Source of the DNA: a virus
Length of the DNA stretch: 64,000 nt
Direction: 5' to 3' (one strand)
IMG/VR virus record: IMGVR_UViG_3300031957_002411
Span: 1 to 64,000 of that record
This document shows, piece after piece, positions 9,634 to 19,594 of this stretch (position 1 is the stretch's first letter; every line of letters begins with the position of its first letter). A model generated the notes under the pieces. That model was not told where the DNA came from and made no database searches. It saw only the letters and a program-made list of their open reading frames with translations. The translations under genes and the position numbers were made by a program.

Positions 9634-10553
9634 ATAGGATTATAGTTACTGGTGGAAAAGGTTTTTTAGGTAAAGTAGTAACCACCAATCTACATTCTAT
9701 GGGTATGGTACATGCTCTTGATAGTTCAATGTATGATCTTAGATCTTACGAAGAAACAGAGCAGATGTACATAGATTTTAATCCTAATATTGTTGTACAT
9801 TTAGCCGCTACGGTTGGAGGTATTGGGGCTAACAAAGAAAATCCGGGTAAATTTATTGAAGAAAACCTAGTAATGGGATATAATACTATCAAGTTAGCAA
9901 AAGAATATGGTGTTGAAAAATTTGTAATGCTAGGAACAGTGTGTTCATATCCCAAACATTGCCCAGTACCATTTAAAGAAGAGGATTTATGGAATGGCTA
10001 TCCAGAAGAAACAAATGCTCCATACGGAATAGCTAAGAAAACTCTTATGCAGATGATACAATCTTACAATCAACAGTATGGATTTAATGCAATTAATCTC
10101 ATACCCGTGAATATGTATGGGCCTAATGATAATTTTGATCCTAAATCTAGCCACGTTATACCTGCACTGATTTTAAAATTCCAACAAGCAATTGATAATG
10201 GTCATGAACCTGTTGAGATCTGGGGGACAGGTAGGGCTAGTAGAGAATTTCTATACGTTGATGATTGTGCAGAAGCTATAAAACTTGCAATCAAAAAATA
10301 TAATAGACCTGAACCAACAAATATTGGAACAGGTAAAGAAATTACAATTATGGAATTAGCACAGAAAATATCAATAATTATGGGACATAAAGGAAGCATA
10401 CACTATAATCCTAAATATCCAGATGGTCAACCAAGAAGATGCTTAGATACATCTAAGGCTAAAGAACGTTTTGGCTTTGAAGCAACAACTGATTTCGACA
10501 CAGGACTAACTAAAACAATAGAATGGTTTAGAAATGATTACAGTAATACTTAA
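9630..10553 (+). CDS. fcl: GDP-L-fucose synthase
   Basis: GGKGFLG, HLAATVGGIGAN, LGTVCSYP, YGIAK, SSHVIPAL, WGTG..SREFLYVDD, PDGQPRR. Confidence 0.9.
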   Translation: MNRIIVTGGKGFLGKVVTTNLHSMGMVHALDSSMYDLRSYEETEQMYIDFNPNIVVHLAATVGGIGANKENPGKFIEENLVMGYNTIKLAKEYGVEKFVMLGTVCSYPKHCPVPFKEEDLWNGYPEETNAPYGIAKKTLMQMIQSYNQQYGFNAINLIPVNMYGPNDNFDPKSSHVIPALILKFQQAIDNGHEPVEIWGTGRASREFLYVDDCAEAIKLAIKKYNRPEPTNIGTGKEITIMELAQKISIIMGHKGSIHYNPKYPDGQPRRCLDTSKAKERFGFEATTDFDTGLTKTIEWFRNDYSNT

Positions 10554-11280
10554 TGGGTACAGAAGACCTCATGTTCTAGAAGAACAGTATAACGCTATCA
10601 AAAATCAAACTTTAAATGAGATTGATGGTATAATGCTGTGGTGTAATTTTGATGAAGAGTCTATGTCTAAGTATCCAGCCCACGTAGTACAAAATTGTAC
10701 AGCTGCTTTTTGCAATCAAAATTTAGGCGTATGGGCTAGATTTTCTTACGCACTGAATAGTTTTTCAAAGTATATTTGCATGATTGACGATGATACTATA
10801 CCGGGATCAAAATGGCTACAAAACTGTGTTGATACCATGCAAACACACAGGGGAGTATTAGGATGCAGAGGTGTTCGCATGACCGGCGATGATTATTTAA
10901 ATTACCCCGGATGCCAATATGAAAGTTTTGGAGCAAGTAATCCTAATGAACAAGTTGAAGCAGTAGATATAATGGGTCACTGCTGGTTTTTTGAAAGAGA
11001 ATGGCTAAGGGCATACTGGGCTGAATCGCCATCTTCTAGATTAACAAGTGGTGGAGAAGATATGCACATGTCTTATGTGGTGCAAAAACATTTGGGTTTA
11101 TATACTTACGTTCCACCACATCCAAAAGATGATAAAGAAATGTGGGGTTCTCTTGATCCAAATACTCATGGTGAGGATATGGTAGCTACTTCTAGGACGG
11201 GAGAAGGCCACATGCAAGCACACGCATATTGGAACTATATTATAAAAAATGGTTATACTCTGGTTAAGGATAGAAAATGA
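10534..11280 (+). CDS. GT-A glycosyltransferase
   Basis: TVILNGYRR, IDDD, GEDM motifs. Confidence 0.75.
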   Translation: MITVILNGYRRPHVLEEQYNAIKNQTLNEIDGIMLWCNFDEESMSKYPAHVVQNCTAAFCNQNLGVWARFSYALNSFSKYICMIDDDTIPGSKWLQNCVDTMQTHRGVLGCRGVRMTGDDYLNYPGCQYESFGASNPNEQVEAVDIMGHCWFFEREWLRAYWAESPSSRLTSGGEDMHMSYVVQKHLGLYTYVPPHPKDDKEMWGSLDPNTHGEDMVATSRTGEGHMQAHAYWNYIIKNGYTLVKDRK

Positions 11281-12311
11281 TATTAGTAGCATTTGGAACA
11301 AGACCAGAATGGATTAAAATCAAACCTGTTTTAGAACAGTTCAGGCGTGGTCAAATTCCATACAAAATTATATCAACTGGTCAACACTGTGACATAATTG
11401 ATAAATCTGTAAAACATCACAATATAGAATATTTAAGTATACCTGAACAACATAATAGGCTGGATGATATTGTAAAGGCTGTAATAGATAATGGCGATAC
11501 AATTTACGAAGGTGTAAACCATGTCATGGTTCAAGGCGATACTACATCTGCATTTGCAGTTGCTTTAGGCGCATTTCATAGAAGAATTAAAGTGATACAT
11601 CTTGAAGCAGGACTTAGATCTTGGGATATGTATAATCCATATCCAGAAGAATTCAACAGAGTTACAATTAGCAGTATGGCAGATATACATCTTTGTCCGA
11701 CTGAGACTAATGCTGAAGTTATAAGAAAAAATCACAGCGGCAAGGTGTTTGTGGTAGGTAATACAGTACTAGACAATCTTACTCACTTGAAGCCATCTCT
11801 TGGAGATACTGTATTAATAACCATGCATAGGCGTGAAAATTTATCTATTATTGACAAATGGTTTGAAGCTATTGAAAAGGTAGCAGAAGATAATCCAAAT
11901 TTAAAGTTTATATTTCCTATGCATCCAAACCCAGACATAAGAAAACATAAAAAAATGTTAAAACATGTTGAAGTTGTGAAGCCTTTATCGTATAATGACT
12001 GTATAGAGATATTATCTAAATGCGCAATAGTTATTACAGACAGCGGTGGATTGCAGGAAGAGTCATCATTCTTTAAAAAGAAATGTATTGTATGTAGAAA
12101 AACAACAGAACGAACAGAAGGTGATGGATCGTTTGCTCGTATGTGTCATTCACCAGACAAGTTAAAAAAAATATTTAAAGACGCAAAGATAGAAATGGTA
12201 GATCAACCGTGTCCATATGGTGACGGTAACGCAAGTGTAAAGATTCTAAAAATAATTAAAAAGGAAACGTATAAAGATGCAGCCATCTATAAAACAAGAA
12301 AATCTAGGTAA
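11277..12311 (+). CDS. wecB: UDP-N-acetylglucosamine 2-epimerase (non-hydrolysing type)
   Basis: FGTRPE, TGQH, QGDTTS, HLEAGLRS, PYPEE, HRREN, TDSGGLQEE, PYGDG. Confidence 0.9.
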   Translation: MILVAFGTRPEWIKIKPVLEQFRRGQIPYKIISTGQHCDIIDKSVKHHNIEYLSIPEQHNRLDDIVKAVIDNGDTIYEGVNHVMVQGDTTSAFAVALGAFHRRIKVIHLEAGLRSWDMYNPYPEEFNRVTISSMADIHLCPTETNAEVIRKNHSGKVFVVGNTVLDNLTHLKPSLGDTVLITMHRRENLSIIDKWFEAIEKVAEDNPNLKFIFPMHPNPDIRKHKKMLKHVEVVKPLSYNDCIEILSKCAIVITDSGGLQEESSFFKKKCIVCRKTTERTEGDGSFARMCHSPDKLKKIFKDAKIEMVDQPCPYGDGNASVKILKIIKKETYKDAAIYKTRKSR

Positions 12312-12909
12312 TTACATAGTACCTGAAGAAGTAAAAGAAGGTGTTTGTTTAGAAATAGGAGCAAATGTAGGATCTTTTACAGATAAATACAAAGATTTCT
12401 TTGGCTTATTACACTATTACGAACCAATTACAGATTGCTTTAATGTTATAAAACAAAAACTTGAAGCATCGAACAATCCTCTAAGAAATGTAATAGGTTT
12501 TAACAAAGCATGTTATGATAAATCTGGAGAAGAACTAGAAATATTGTTGCATATAAATAATGACAGTGGCTCATCTGCTGTAAAAACAGATTTAACAAAA
12601 GACCATGAAGAGTGGAAAGATGGTAACGTCATTCAAAAAGTTTCAACTATTTCATTAGAAGACGCAATAGAAGAAATTGGTGGAAGCGTAGACTATTGCA
12701 AATGCGACTGTGAAACAAGCGAGTATTATATATTCATGAGCAAGGATCTTAGTGCCATAAATTACATAGGCATGGAAGTACACTGGCAAATGGGAGAAGA
12801 ACGACAACATGAATTACTAAAACATATTTCTAAAACTCACAAGTTTGTTATGGGCCATGCAGGTTACACTTATGGTATTAATAGAGAAATACTGCTAAAG
12901 AGGAAATAA
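12277..12909 (+). CDS. FkbM-family methyltransferase
   Basis: LEIGANVG, YEP, KCDCETSE. Confidence 0.75.
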   Translation: MQPSIKQENLGNYIVPEEVKEGVCLEIGANVGSFTDKYKDFFGLLHYYEPITDCFNVIKQKLEASNNPLRNVIGFNKACYDKSGEELEILLHINNDSGSSAVKTDLTKDHEEWKDGNVIQKVSTISLEDAIEEIGGSVDYCKCDCETSEYYIFMSKDLSAINYIGMEVHWQMGEERQHELLKHISKTHKFVMGHAGYTYGINREILLKRK

Positions 12910-12910
12910 A

Positions 12911-13657
12911 ATGAAACTATCAACAGTTCCAAAAAAAGATATTAAGCATGATATAAAAGTGTTTGAAGAAAAGCTAAAGAACAAAGAAAACTTTACTTTT
13001 TCTAAATACGCTGATGGTGAATGGTCTGTAATTACAAATCAATCTCTCAATAATAAAGAGTTTTGGTTTGATGCCAACAATGTCATGGATGGCTACAAAA
13101 GAACAAAACTTCTAGAGTCTTTCCAATATCATCATCCAAATTATTACGTTGGGGTTTCTTGCCCATGTTGCCAAGGTTTAGAAATTCATAAGAAAATGAT
13201 ACAGGAATGCAAACAAGATGAAGACCATATAACTTGGGCTAATCTTTGGGTAAATAATAACTATAATTATTTTACATCTAATATCTTACCGTTGTTCAAA
13301 GATCGTGATGTGGTTCTATATTCAAACAAAGAAGGGAAGTTTGAAAATCTACCTTTTAAGCCTATACAAATTTTTCCAGTTGAGAAGAATGCTTGGGCTT
13401 CTAATTGGAATTTTATAGAAGAAAGTAAACACTTTGTAAAAAATAATGACATAGAAAATGCTTTGTTTTTATTTTGTTGTGGGCCGTTTGGAAATATTTT
13501 AGCACATGAGCTAACAAGTTGTTGTCCACAGAATACATATTTAGACATTGGATCTACCTTAAATCCATATTTACAATCTGAAGGTTTTGTAAGAGATTAT
13601 TATGTTCAGGGTTCTTTCTTTTCTCAAATGGAGTGTATTTGGAATAATGAAGAATAA
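12911..13657 (+). CDS. GT-D-fold (DUF1792-like) glycosyltransferase
   Basis: FSKYADGE, LFCCGP, LDIGS motifs. Confidence 0.6.
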   Translation: MKLSTVPKKDIKHDIKVFEEKLKNKENFTFSKYADGEWSVITNQSLNNKEFWFDANNVMDGYKRTKLLESFQYHHPNYYVGVSCPCCQGLEIHKKMIQECKQDEDHITWANLWVNNNYNYFTSNILPLFKDRDVVLYSNKEGKFENLPFKPIQIFPVEKNAWASNWNFIEESKHFVKNNDIENALFLFCCGPFGNILAHELTSCCPQNTYLDIGSTLNPYLQSEGFVRDYYVQGSFFSQMECIWNNEE

Positions 13658-14561
13658 AAAGGTTACAAACTGTTATTACAACAGATCTTGTAGTGGGGTG
13701 GGAGATTTTTTACGTGGTTGTTGTCATCTTTTTGATATTTTAAATAACAACCTATCAATCTCTTTTAGCGCTCACGATCTAGGAAACTATATTTCTACGA
13801 AGTGTAAAAAGAAAATAGTTGACGATGAAATATTTGACACAGAAAGTTACAACAAAGATAACTGTGATAAGTATAATTACTTTGATAATATGAAAACAAA
13901 TTTAGAAAATGCACTAAACAACAACGAGGAAGATATGAAATTGTTCTCTAATTATTCTGATCACATTGTAGATTTAGAGGGTTACTTTTTATCACAAGAC
14001 TGTAAATCTTTCATGAAAGATAATATCATCTTTAGTGATGACATAGAGAGAGAGTTTTCTGAGCTGGGTATTGAAGATTATAATGTAATTCATTTTAGAC
14101 TAGGTGATAGGGAGTGTTGTGAAAGTGTCACGAATGAAGAACTAGATAGATACAATATCAATACTGCCATGTTCGACATAGACTACGGCAATTTATTTAG
14201 AGAGGTTTATTCATATTACCTACGTAGTAATCCAATTATAGGAGAAGAAAAAACCTTGGTAGTGCTTTCAGACTCTAATAAATTCAAAGATTTTCTAGAG
14301 GTCTTTTTAGGAGATAAACCTTGGGATATTCGCGTTATACACAAAAAAAGTCTACATTCTTCAGACAATCCGGGTTTTGTTAAGAGTTTAAACGTTGACA
14401 GGGAAGAAAAAATTGATAAAATGAGGTATGTAGCGTTAGATATGAAGGTCATTTCTAAGGCAAGTGAGATAAAATCATACAGTGTTTATCCTTGGGGATC
14501 TGGTTTTGCCTTCTGGTTAGCTAGGATATTTGATATTCCAATCTCTAATAATAGTGTATAA
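13647..14561 (+). CDS. fucosyltransferase-like protein (GT11/GT23-type motif)
   Basis: GVGDFL, IHFRLGD (HxRxGD), VLSDS, SGF; start taken as ATG 13647. Confidence 0.55.
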   Translation: MKNKKVTNCYYNRSCSGVGDFLRGCCHLFDILNNNLSISFSAHDLGNYISTKCKKKIVDDEIFDTESYNKDNCDKYNYFDNMKTNLENALNNNEEDMKLFSNYSDHIVDLEGYFLSQDCKSFMKDNIIFSDDIEREFSELGIEDYNVIHFRLGDRECCESVTNEELDRYNINTAMFDIDYGNLFREVYSYYLRSNPIIGEEKTLVVLSDSNKFKDFLEVFLGDKPWDIRVIHKKSLHSSDNPGFVKSLNVDREEKIDKMRYVALDMKVISKASEIKSYSVYPWGSGFAFWLARIFDIPISNNSV

Positions 14562-14563
14562 TA
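14552..14563 (+). promoter_or_regulatory. putative phage-specific promoter (GTGTATA motif)
   Basis: TAGTGTATAATA upstream of GGAGG/ATG 14581. Confidence 0.45.
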
Positions 14564-14580
14564 TCTATTGGAGGTTATTG

Positions 14581-14976
14581 ATGTTTAGTTTTATAGATAA
14601 AATGTACGGTAGGTCTCCTAAATGGAGGTCTGTGCGTAATGAATATATAAAAAATAATCCCACATGCGCTGCTTGTGGACGAAAAGATGGGCTTCAAGTG
14701 CATCATATCGTTCCTTATCACGTAGACCCTAGCAAAGAGTTAGACCCTACAAATCTTATCACACTATGCGGAAAATATTGTCATTTCGTATTTGGGCATT
14801 TCATGGATTGGAAAAGCTGGAATGAGAATGTAGTACGCGACTGTACCTTATATCATCTCGCAAAGAAAGATCGACCACACAGAGAAGTATTCGGTACTCC
14901 CCCAAAGGAGTGGTCCAATGCGGTATTTAATTTTATCTTTGATTATTTTACTTGGCCTTTCATCGACCGCGATTAG
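14581..14976 (+). CDS. HNH endonuclease
   Basis: CAACG...VHHIVP...NLITLC..CH; GGAGG before ATG 14581. Confidence 0.8.
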   Translation: MFSFIDKMYGRSPKWRSVRNEYIKNNPTCAACGRKDGLQVHHIVPYHVDPSKELDPTNLITLCGKYCHFVFGHFMDWKSWNENVVRDCTLYHLAKKDRPHREVFGTPPKEWSNAVFNFIFDYFTWPFIDRD

Positions 14977-15724
14977 CGGAACTAGAGATCCTAATACACC
15001 AGATTCCAAGCATTTAGCCTATGGCGAAAAACATGAATGCGTTGTTCCAGTAAAAGGCAAAATGAAAGTTAAAACGGTAGAAGGTGAAGAAATAGAAGTT
15101 ACTGCTTCTGGTTCTGGAGTTATTATAAAAAAAAGATATGTGCTAACAGCAGCACATGTTGTCCAAGGAACAAAAGATCCATACATAATTTTAAACGGAA
15201 AAAAGATACAAATTGAATGGGTTGTAATACCAAAAGCTTTTGATATAAATAAAACAGGACCAAACGATATAGCATTATGCAGACTACATGAAGATGCTAT
15301 AGTAGATTTTTATCCAGAACTATACGACAAAGACGATGAAATAGGCAAATTATGTAGTTTAGCTGGATGGGGTATGCATGGAACTTGGAAAACTGGCACT
15401 GTGTACGATGACGACAAGCGTAGAGCTGGGTCTAACTATGTTGATCCTATTATGTTCAAAGGAATGATAACATGCTCTTTACAAGATGTGAGCAAAAGAA
15501 CAAGTTTAGAGTTTTTGATTGGCAATGGCGACAGTGGTGGTGGATTGTTTATAGATAAAAAAATTGCTGGAATACATTCTTGCATTTACACAGGAGATGG
15601 TAAACTAGATTCTAGTTATAAAGATTATTCAGCCCACACTAGAGTAAGCCTTCACAAATCTTGGATTGACTTGATTACAAACAATTATGAAGAAATTTTA
15701 CAAAAAATTGCACCAGATAGTTGA
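14918..15724 (+). CDS. secreted trypsin-like (S1) serine protease
   Basis: Signal peptide; LTAAHV, NDIAL, GDSGGG catalytic triad. Confidence 0.88.
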   Translation: MRYLILSLIILLGLSSTAISGTRDPNTPDSKHLAYGEKHECVVPVKGKMKVKTVEGEEIEVTASGSGVIIKKRYVLTAAHVVQGTKDPYIILNGKKIQIEWVVIPKAFDINKTGPNDIALCRLHEDAIVDFYPELYDKDDEIGKLCSLAGWGMHGTWKTGTVYDDDKRRAGSNYVDPIMFKGMITCSLQDVSKRTSLEFLIGNGDSGGGLFIDKKIAGIHSCIYTGDGKLDSSYKDYSAHTRVSLHKSWIDLITNNYEEILQKIAPDS

Positions 15725-15749
15725 CTTTTTACTGTAAACACAGTATAAT
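15721..15749 (+). promoter_or_regulatory. sigma70-type promoter
   Basis: TTGACT-17 nt-TATAAT upstream of thyX. Confidence 0.75.
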
Positions 15750-15770
15750 TGGAATAGAGGAAAGGAACAT

Positions 15771-16415
15771 ATGAACACAGTAAAGCTTGTATCAATAACC
15801 CCCGATGCAGAAAAAACTATAGCCTATTGCGCTAGAGTGTCTAACCCTAACAATCAAGATACAAATGAGTATGCCAAACTTTTAAGGTATTGCATACAGC
15901 ATGGTCATTGGTCTATTTTTGAAATGGCTAATATGGTTCTTGAGATAAATACCACAAGAGGTATTGCAGCACAAATATTGAGACATCGTAGTTTTAGTTT
16001 TCAGGAATTTTCCCAAAGATACGCTGATACTTCGTTTCTTGGCAAGTCTATATCTACTCCAGATTTAAGATCACAAGACAATAAAAACCGTCAAAACAGC
16101 ATAGATGATCTTGACCAAGAAGTTAAACATAAGTATAATGTACAGATGAGAGAATTATTCTCAAAGTCTAAAGCATTATATGACGATATGATTAATAATG
16201 GAGTTGCAAAAGAGTGCGCAAGATTTGTATTGCCACTGGCTACTCCAACTAGAATGTATATGAATGGAACCATACGAAGTTGGATTCATTATATAAACTT
16301 AAGAGAGGGTCACGGGACTCAAAAAGAACACATGGATGTGGCAAATATGTGTAAGGATATTTTTATGAAACAATTACCCGTAGTATCGGAGGCATTAGGT
16401 TGGAATGTTAGATGA
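15771..16415 (+). CDS. thyX: FAD-dependent thymidylate synthase
   Basis: GHWSIFE, QILRHRSFSFQEFSQRYA, ARFVLP, RSWIHYINLR. Confidence 0.95.
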   Translation: MNTVKLVSITPDAEKTIAYCARVSNPNNQDTNEYAKLLRYCIQHGHWSIFEMANMVLEINTTRGIAAQILRHRSFSFQEFSQRYADTSFLGKSISTPDLRSQDNKNRQNSIDDLDQEVKHKYNVQMRELFSKSKALYDDMINNGVAKECARFVLPLATPTRMYMNGTIRSWIHYINLREGHGTQKEHMDVANMCKDIFMKQLPVVSEALGWNVR

Positions 16416-16860
16416 AGCTACAATCGAAGTAACAGATAGGCATATCAATGAGGCTTATAATTCTCTTAATCATGTCAATGGTGCTACTGTAAATCCTTTA
16501 GAGATTGCAGCAGCAGAAGTATTGAAAATTGATTTAGAGAGGGTAGAAGTAAAACATGATAGATTATTTGTCTGGATGTACGACGATTCAGACTATATAC
16601 TATACAAATATGATGAAGAGTCATATGTAAAGGTATATGATTTTTTAAATGAGTGGCAACTAGTACTACAAGGTGTGGAAGACGGTATTCCCACTAAATT
16701 TGAGGGTGATCTTATTTCTTTTAATGTAGAGGTGGATGATGATACAGGAACTCACTCCAATCATTGGCATGGAGCAAGCCTTTATTTTAGCGGGTTTGCC
16801 GACGAACTTGATTCTCACAAAAAAAATCTAAAGTTTCGTTTGACAGATGACGAATATTAA
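16405..16860 (+). CDS. hypothetical protein (acidic)
   Basis: 151-aa ORF overlapping the thyX stop. Confidence 0.6.
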   Translation: MLDEATIEVTDRHINEAYNSLNHVNGATVNPLEIAAAEVLKIDLERVEVKHDRLFVWMYDDSDYILYKYDEESYVKVYDFLNEWQLVLQGVEDGIPTKFEGDLISFNVEVDDDTGTHSNHWHGASLYFSGFADELDSHKKNLKFRLTDDEY

Positions 16861-16867
16861 GTATAAT
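16840..16867 (+). promoter_or_regulatory. sigma70-type promoter
   Basis: TTGACA-16 nt-TATAAT with an A-tract upstream. Confidence 0.7.
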
Positions 16868-16902
16868 GATGGTAGGAGATTTTTAACACACAGGAGATTG
16901 AA

Positions 16903-17769
16903 ATGAATTACATTATTGCAAATGACGGAAACGTAACAGCGACAGTAGCAGGTGAAGTTTACACCTTTGGCAAGTCGCATCCAAGATACGAAAGACTTAT
17001 TACTCATCTTAAGAATAATAATGTCGAACACTTTGAGGCATCCTATGATATCGTGTCGCATGTAAATGCGTATTGCGATGGATATGCCAGCGTTGAGAAT
17101 GGCAAGATGAAATGGGATGGGATTGATATGCCAGAGATGTTTGGTGGTACAATCCTTGATATGATCCAGCAGGGTTATCCTTTTGAGCCTATGCTTAACT
17201 TCCTTGATAACATGTCGCAGAATCCATCTGACCATGCTATCACAGAACTGTTTGAGTTTATGGAAAATAAGAACATGCCTATCACACCTGATGGACATTT
17301 CTTAGCATATAAAGCAGTATCTTCTAACTATAAAGATTTGTACTCTAATACATTTGATAACAGTGTTGGAAGTACGTGTGAGGTTCCACGTAGCAAAGTA
17401 AATGGAAACAGAGAACATCATTGTGCTGCTGGACTACACGTTGGAGCATTTGATTATGCCAAGTCATATGGCGGGATCGACTTGGATGATGACGAAGGCG
17501 GTGGTGGCAACAAGCTTATGATTTGCAAGGTTAATCCACGCGATGTTGTAAGTGTGCCAAACGACTGCCGTTGTCAGAAGTTACGCTGCTGTAAGTACGA
17601 AGTAGTCAGTGAGTTTGAAGACTTACTAAAGAGTGTTGTCCACATGACAAAGGACGACATTGACTACTCTAATCTCAAGAAGCGTAATAAGGAATGGATT
17701 GTCGAGGTCACTGCTAAGTTGGAGCGTGTCAATAACGTTCTCAAGAAGCGTGAAGCTGTTCTTAGCTAG
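16903..17769 (+). CDS. rIIB: rIIB-like protein
   Basis: DGHFLAYKAV, FDNSVG, CAAGLHVG, KVNPRDVVSVP, KLRCCKYEV. Confidence 0.85.
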   Translation: MNYIIANDGNVTATVAGEVYTFGKSHPRYERLITHLKNNNVEHFEASYDIVSHVNAYCDGYASVENGKMKWDGIDMPEMFGGTILDMIQQGYPFEPMLNFLDNMSQNPSDHAITELFEFMENKNMPITPDGHFLAYKAVSSNYKDLYSNTFDNSVGSTCEVPRSKVNGNREHHCAAGLHVGAFDYAKSYGGIDLDDDEGGGGNKLMICKVNPRDVVSVPNDCRCQKLRCCKYEVVSEFEDLLKSVVHMTKDDIDYSNLKKRNKEWIVEVTAKLERVNNVLKKREAVLS

Positions 17770-17770
17770 T

Positions 17771-17830
17771 GACTGTGGGGAGGGGTGGGGCAAGTAGTGT
17801 GTGGCTTGCCTCATCCCGGTCTTTATTTTT
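17771..17830 (+). terminator. intrinsic terminator after rIIB
   Basis: 14-bp stem GGGGTGGGGCAAGT/GCTTGCCTCATCCC (3 G.U pairs) followed by TTTATTTTT. Confidence 0.7.
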
Positions 17831-17848
17831 ACACATGGAAGCGGGGCC

Positions 17849-18010
17849 ATGAATTTGTGGAGAGTCTGGTGCAAAGCACTGGGAGAAAAAGCTGGGACAA
17901 CAGATAGACAGAGTGATGGTATTGCTTTTATAAGAACATTACTTGTCATGCAAGCAGTTGTCACTAACTTATTTATTGTTGCGAATATTCTAAAAGGATG
18001 GTACAATTGA
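17849..18010 (+). CDS. small membrane protein
   Basis: MNLWRVWCKALGEKAG...IRTLL..TNLFIVAN; start taken as ATG 17849 after the terminator. Confidence 0.65.
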   Translation: MNLWRVWCKALGEKAGTTDRQSDGIAFIRTLLVMQAVVTNLFIVANILKGWYN

Positions 18011-18288
18011 AAGAGATACACCCAGCAACTTGGATTATTTGGGGCTTGCTAATGATTAGTATAACAACCAACTGGGTACAATGGCTCCAAATAAAACAGT
18101 TAGAAAAAGAATTAGCGCCTGTTATAATTAGACCACATATTAGAGCTTACGAAGAACCAGATGAAAACACGTATGTAGACCAAATTAAACCTATTGATTT
18201 TTATTTAGTTTATAAGTATTGGTTTGACGAAGAGTGGAGACAGGCAGACGAAATAACTAGAAATGAATCATGGCATTACCAGCAATAA
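17998..18288 (+). CDS. hypothetical single-TM protein
   Basis: WIIWGLLMISITTNWVQW hydrophobic segment. Confidence 0.55.
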   Translation: MVQLKEIHPATWIIWGLLMISITTNWVQWLQIKQLEKELAPVIIRPHIRAYEEPDENTYVDQIKPIDFYLVYKYWFDEEWRQADEITRNESWHYQQ

Positions 18289-18428
18289 TTATATCTACAC
18301 TGTGCTATCTATGGACAACTACTGCATGTATAATTGGAAAAGATTATCCACACGCTTTGATGTGGTTTGCATACGCTTTGGCAAACACAGGGTTACTATG
18401 GTATGAGTTCAATAAAATGGGACAATAG
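18270..18428 (+). CDS. 52-aa membrane protein (not in ORF track)
   Basis: Hand translation MALPAIIISTLCYLWTTTACIIGKDYPHALMWFAYALANTGLLWYEFNKMGQ*. Confidence 0.6.
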   Translation: MALPAIIISTLCYLWTTTACIIGKDYPHALMWFAYALANTGLLWYEFNKMGQ

Positions 18429-18840
18429 ATTTTTAGATATGGCTAAGTTAGTTTCTACTTGGTCAAAAGATCCCTCTACAAAAGTTGGCGCAGTTATAGT
18501 TGATACTAATAATAGAGTCGTGTCTGTAGGATATAATGGTTTTCCACAAAAAATTTCAGATAATGATAGGTTAGAAAACAGAGAAGAAAAGTATAATATT
18601 ATTGTACACGCAGAGGCTAATGCGTTAATGTTTGCTAATAGATCTGTCAATGGGTATACTTTATATACTTATCCATTTCAGCCTTGCTCTAGATGTGCTT
18701 CTTTAATTATACAATCAGGCATAAAAAGAGTAGTAACAATAATTAATGAAGACAAAAAATGGGAAGAGAACTTCAAACTTGCAAAACGTTTACTATCAGA
18801 AGCAAATATAAAATTGGATTACTATGGACACATCACCTGA
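18403..18840 (+). CDS. dCMP deaminase
   Basis: SKDPSTKVGA, GYNG, HAEANAL, PCSRC. Confidence 0.92.
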   Translation: MSSIKWDNRFLDMAKLVSTWSKDPSTKVGAVIVDTNNRVVSVGYNGFPQKISDNDRLENREEKYNIIVHAEANALMFANRSVNGYTLYTYPFQPCSRCASLIIQSGIKRVVTIINEDKKWEENFKLAKRLLSEANIKLDYYGHIT

Positions 18841-19027
18841 TAAATACAATGATATAGAAGCATTAGTTTATGAATGCATAGCTTCTCATAACGAGATGAT
18901 ACTAGTAGAGCTGATTAATAACTTAGAAAAAGAATATATAGAATTAGCTAAACTCTCAACGTTTGGTGAATATGAAAGTGATTGGTCACACGAAGATGTT
19001 TTAAATTATGTTACATTTAATACATAG
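18824..19027 (+). CDS. hypothetical protein
   Basis: 67-aa ORF overlapping the preceding stop. Confidence 0.55.
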   Translation: MDTSPDKYNDIEALVYECIASHNEMILVELINNLEKEYIELAKLSTFGEYESDWSHEDVLNYVTFNT

Positions 19028-19072
19028 TTTTTTTATTGGAATATTGCTATAACTATATTGGAGGAAAAAATA

Positions 19073-19264
19073 ATGTCTGTAGAAGAAATGGCTCAAGCCC
19101 ATCTAAATACAATACAAAAGACAATAGTAGATCTGCAAAACCAGAGAGTAACTATTGAAAATGAAATTGTTAGGCTTACTGAATACTTGCAACGAGGCGC
19201 GATGTTATTAGAAGAACGTCAAAACTTGTCAAGTACAGCAACTGTTAGTGATTCTAGTTTATAA
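19073..19264 (+). CDS. small coiled-coil protein
   Basis: GGAGG RBS, heptad pattern. Confidence 0.6.
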   Translation: MSVEEMAQAHLNTIQKTIVDLQNQRVTIENEIVRLTEYLQRGAMLLEERQNLSSTATVSDSSL

Positions 19265-19276
19265 GAGGAGTTTTAT

Positions 19277-19594
19277 ATGAATGTTAGTAATGTAATTGAA
19301 AAGTTGAATGGTGTCGCTCATTCGTACCACTGGGATGTTGACAACAAGCGTGTTGTTGCAACTCTGCGTAGTGGTAGCTATCGTGGGCATACACTAAATC
19401 CATTGACAGCTTTAGCTCATAAGGCTGGTCATGGAGTTTTTGAAAATACGAGGGATGGCACTGAATATGCTGCAAGCCTTTTGGGTATTCCTCGTAGCAC
19501 TGCTAGAGCGATTTATAGTGCAACACTTGGCACTCACAATCGTGGTAATACACAGGTGCTTCGTGGTAAAATTAGATCTGCATTGGAGGTATAG
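19277..19594 (+). CDS. hypothetical protein
   Basis: GAGGAG RBS; 105-aa basic ORF. Confidence 0.7.
   Translation: MNVSNVIEKLNGVAHSYHWDVDNKRVVATLRSGSYRGHTLNPLTALAHKAGHGVFENTRDGTEYAASLLGIPRSTARAIYSATLGTHNRGNTQVLRGKIRSALEV

Noticed and set aside
17777-17804. G-quadruplex in GGGGAGGGGTGGGG
   Set aside because: Only three long G-tracts, and the G-run is explained as the 5' arm of the terminator stem
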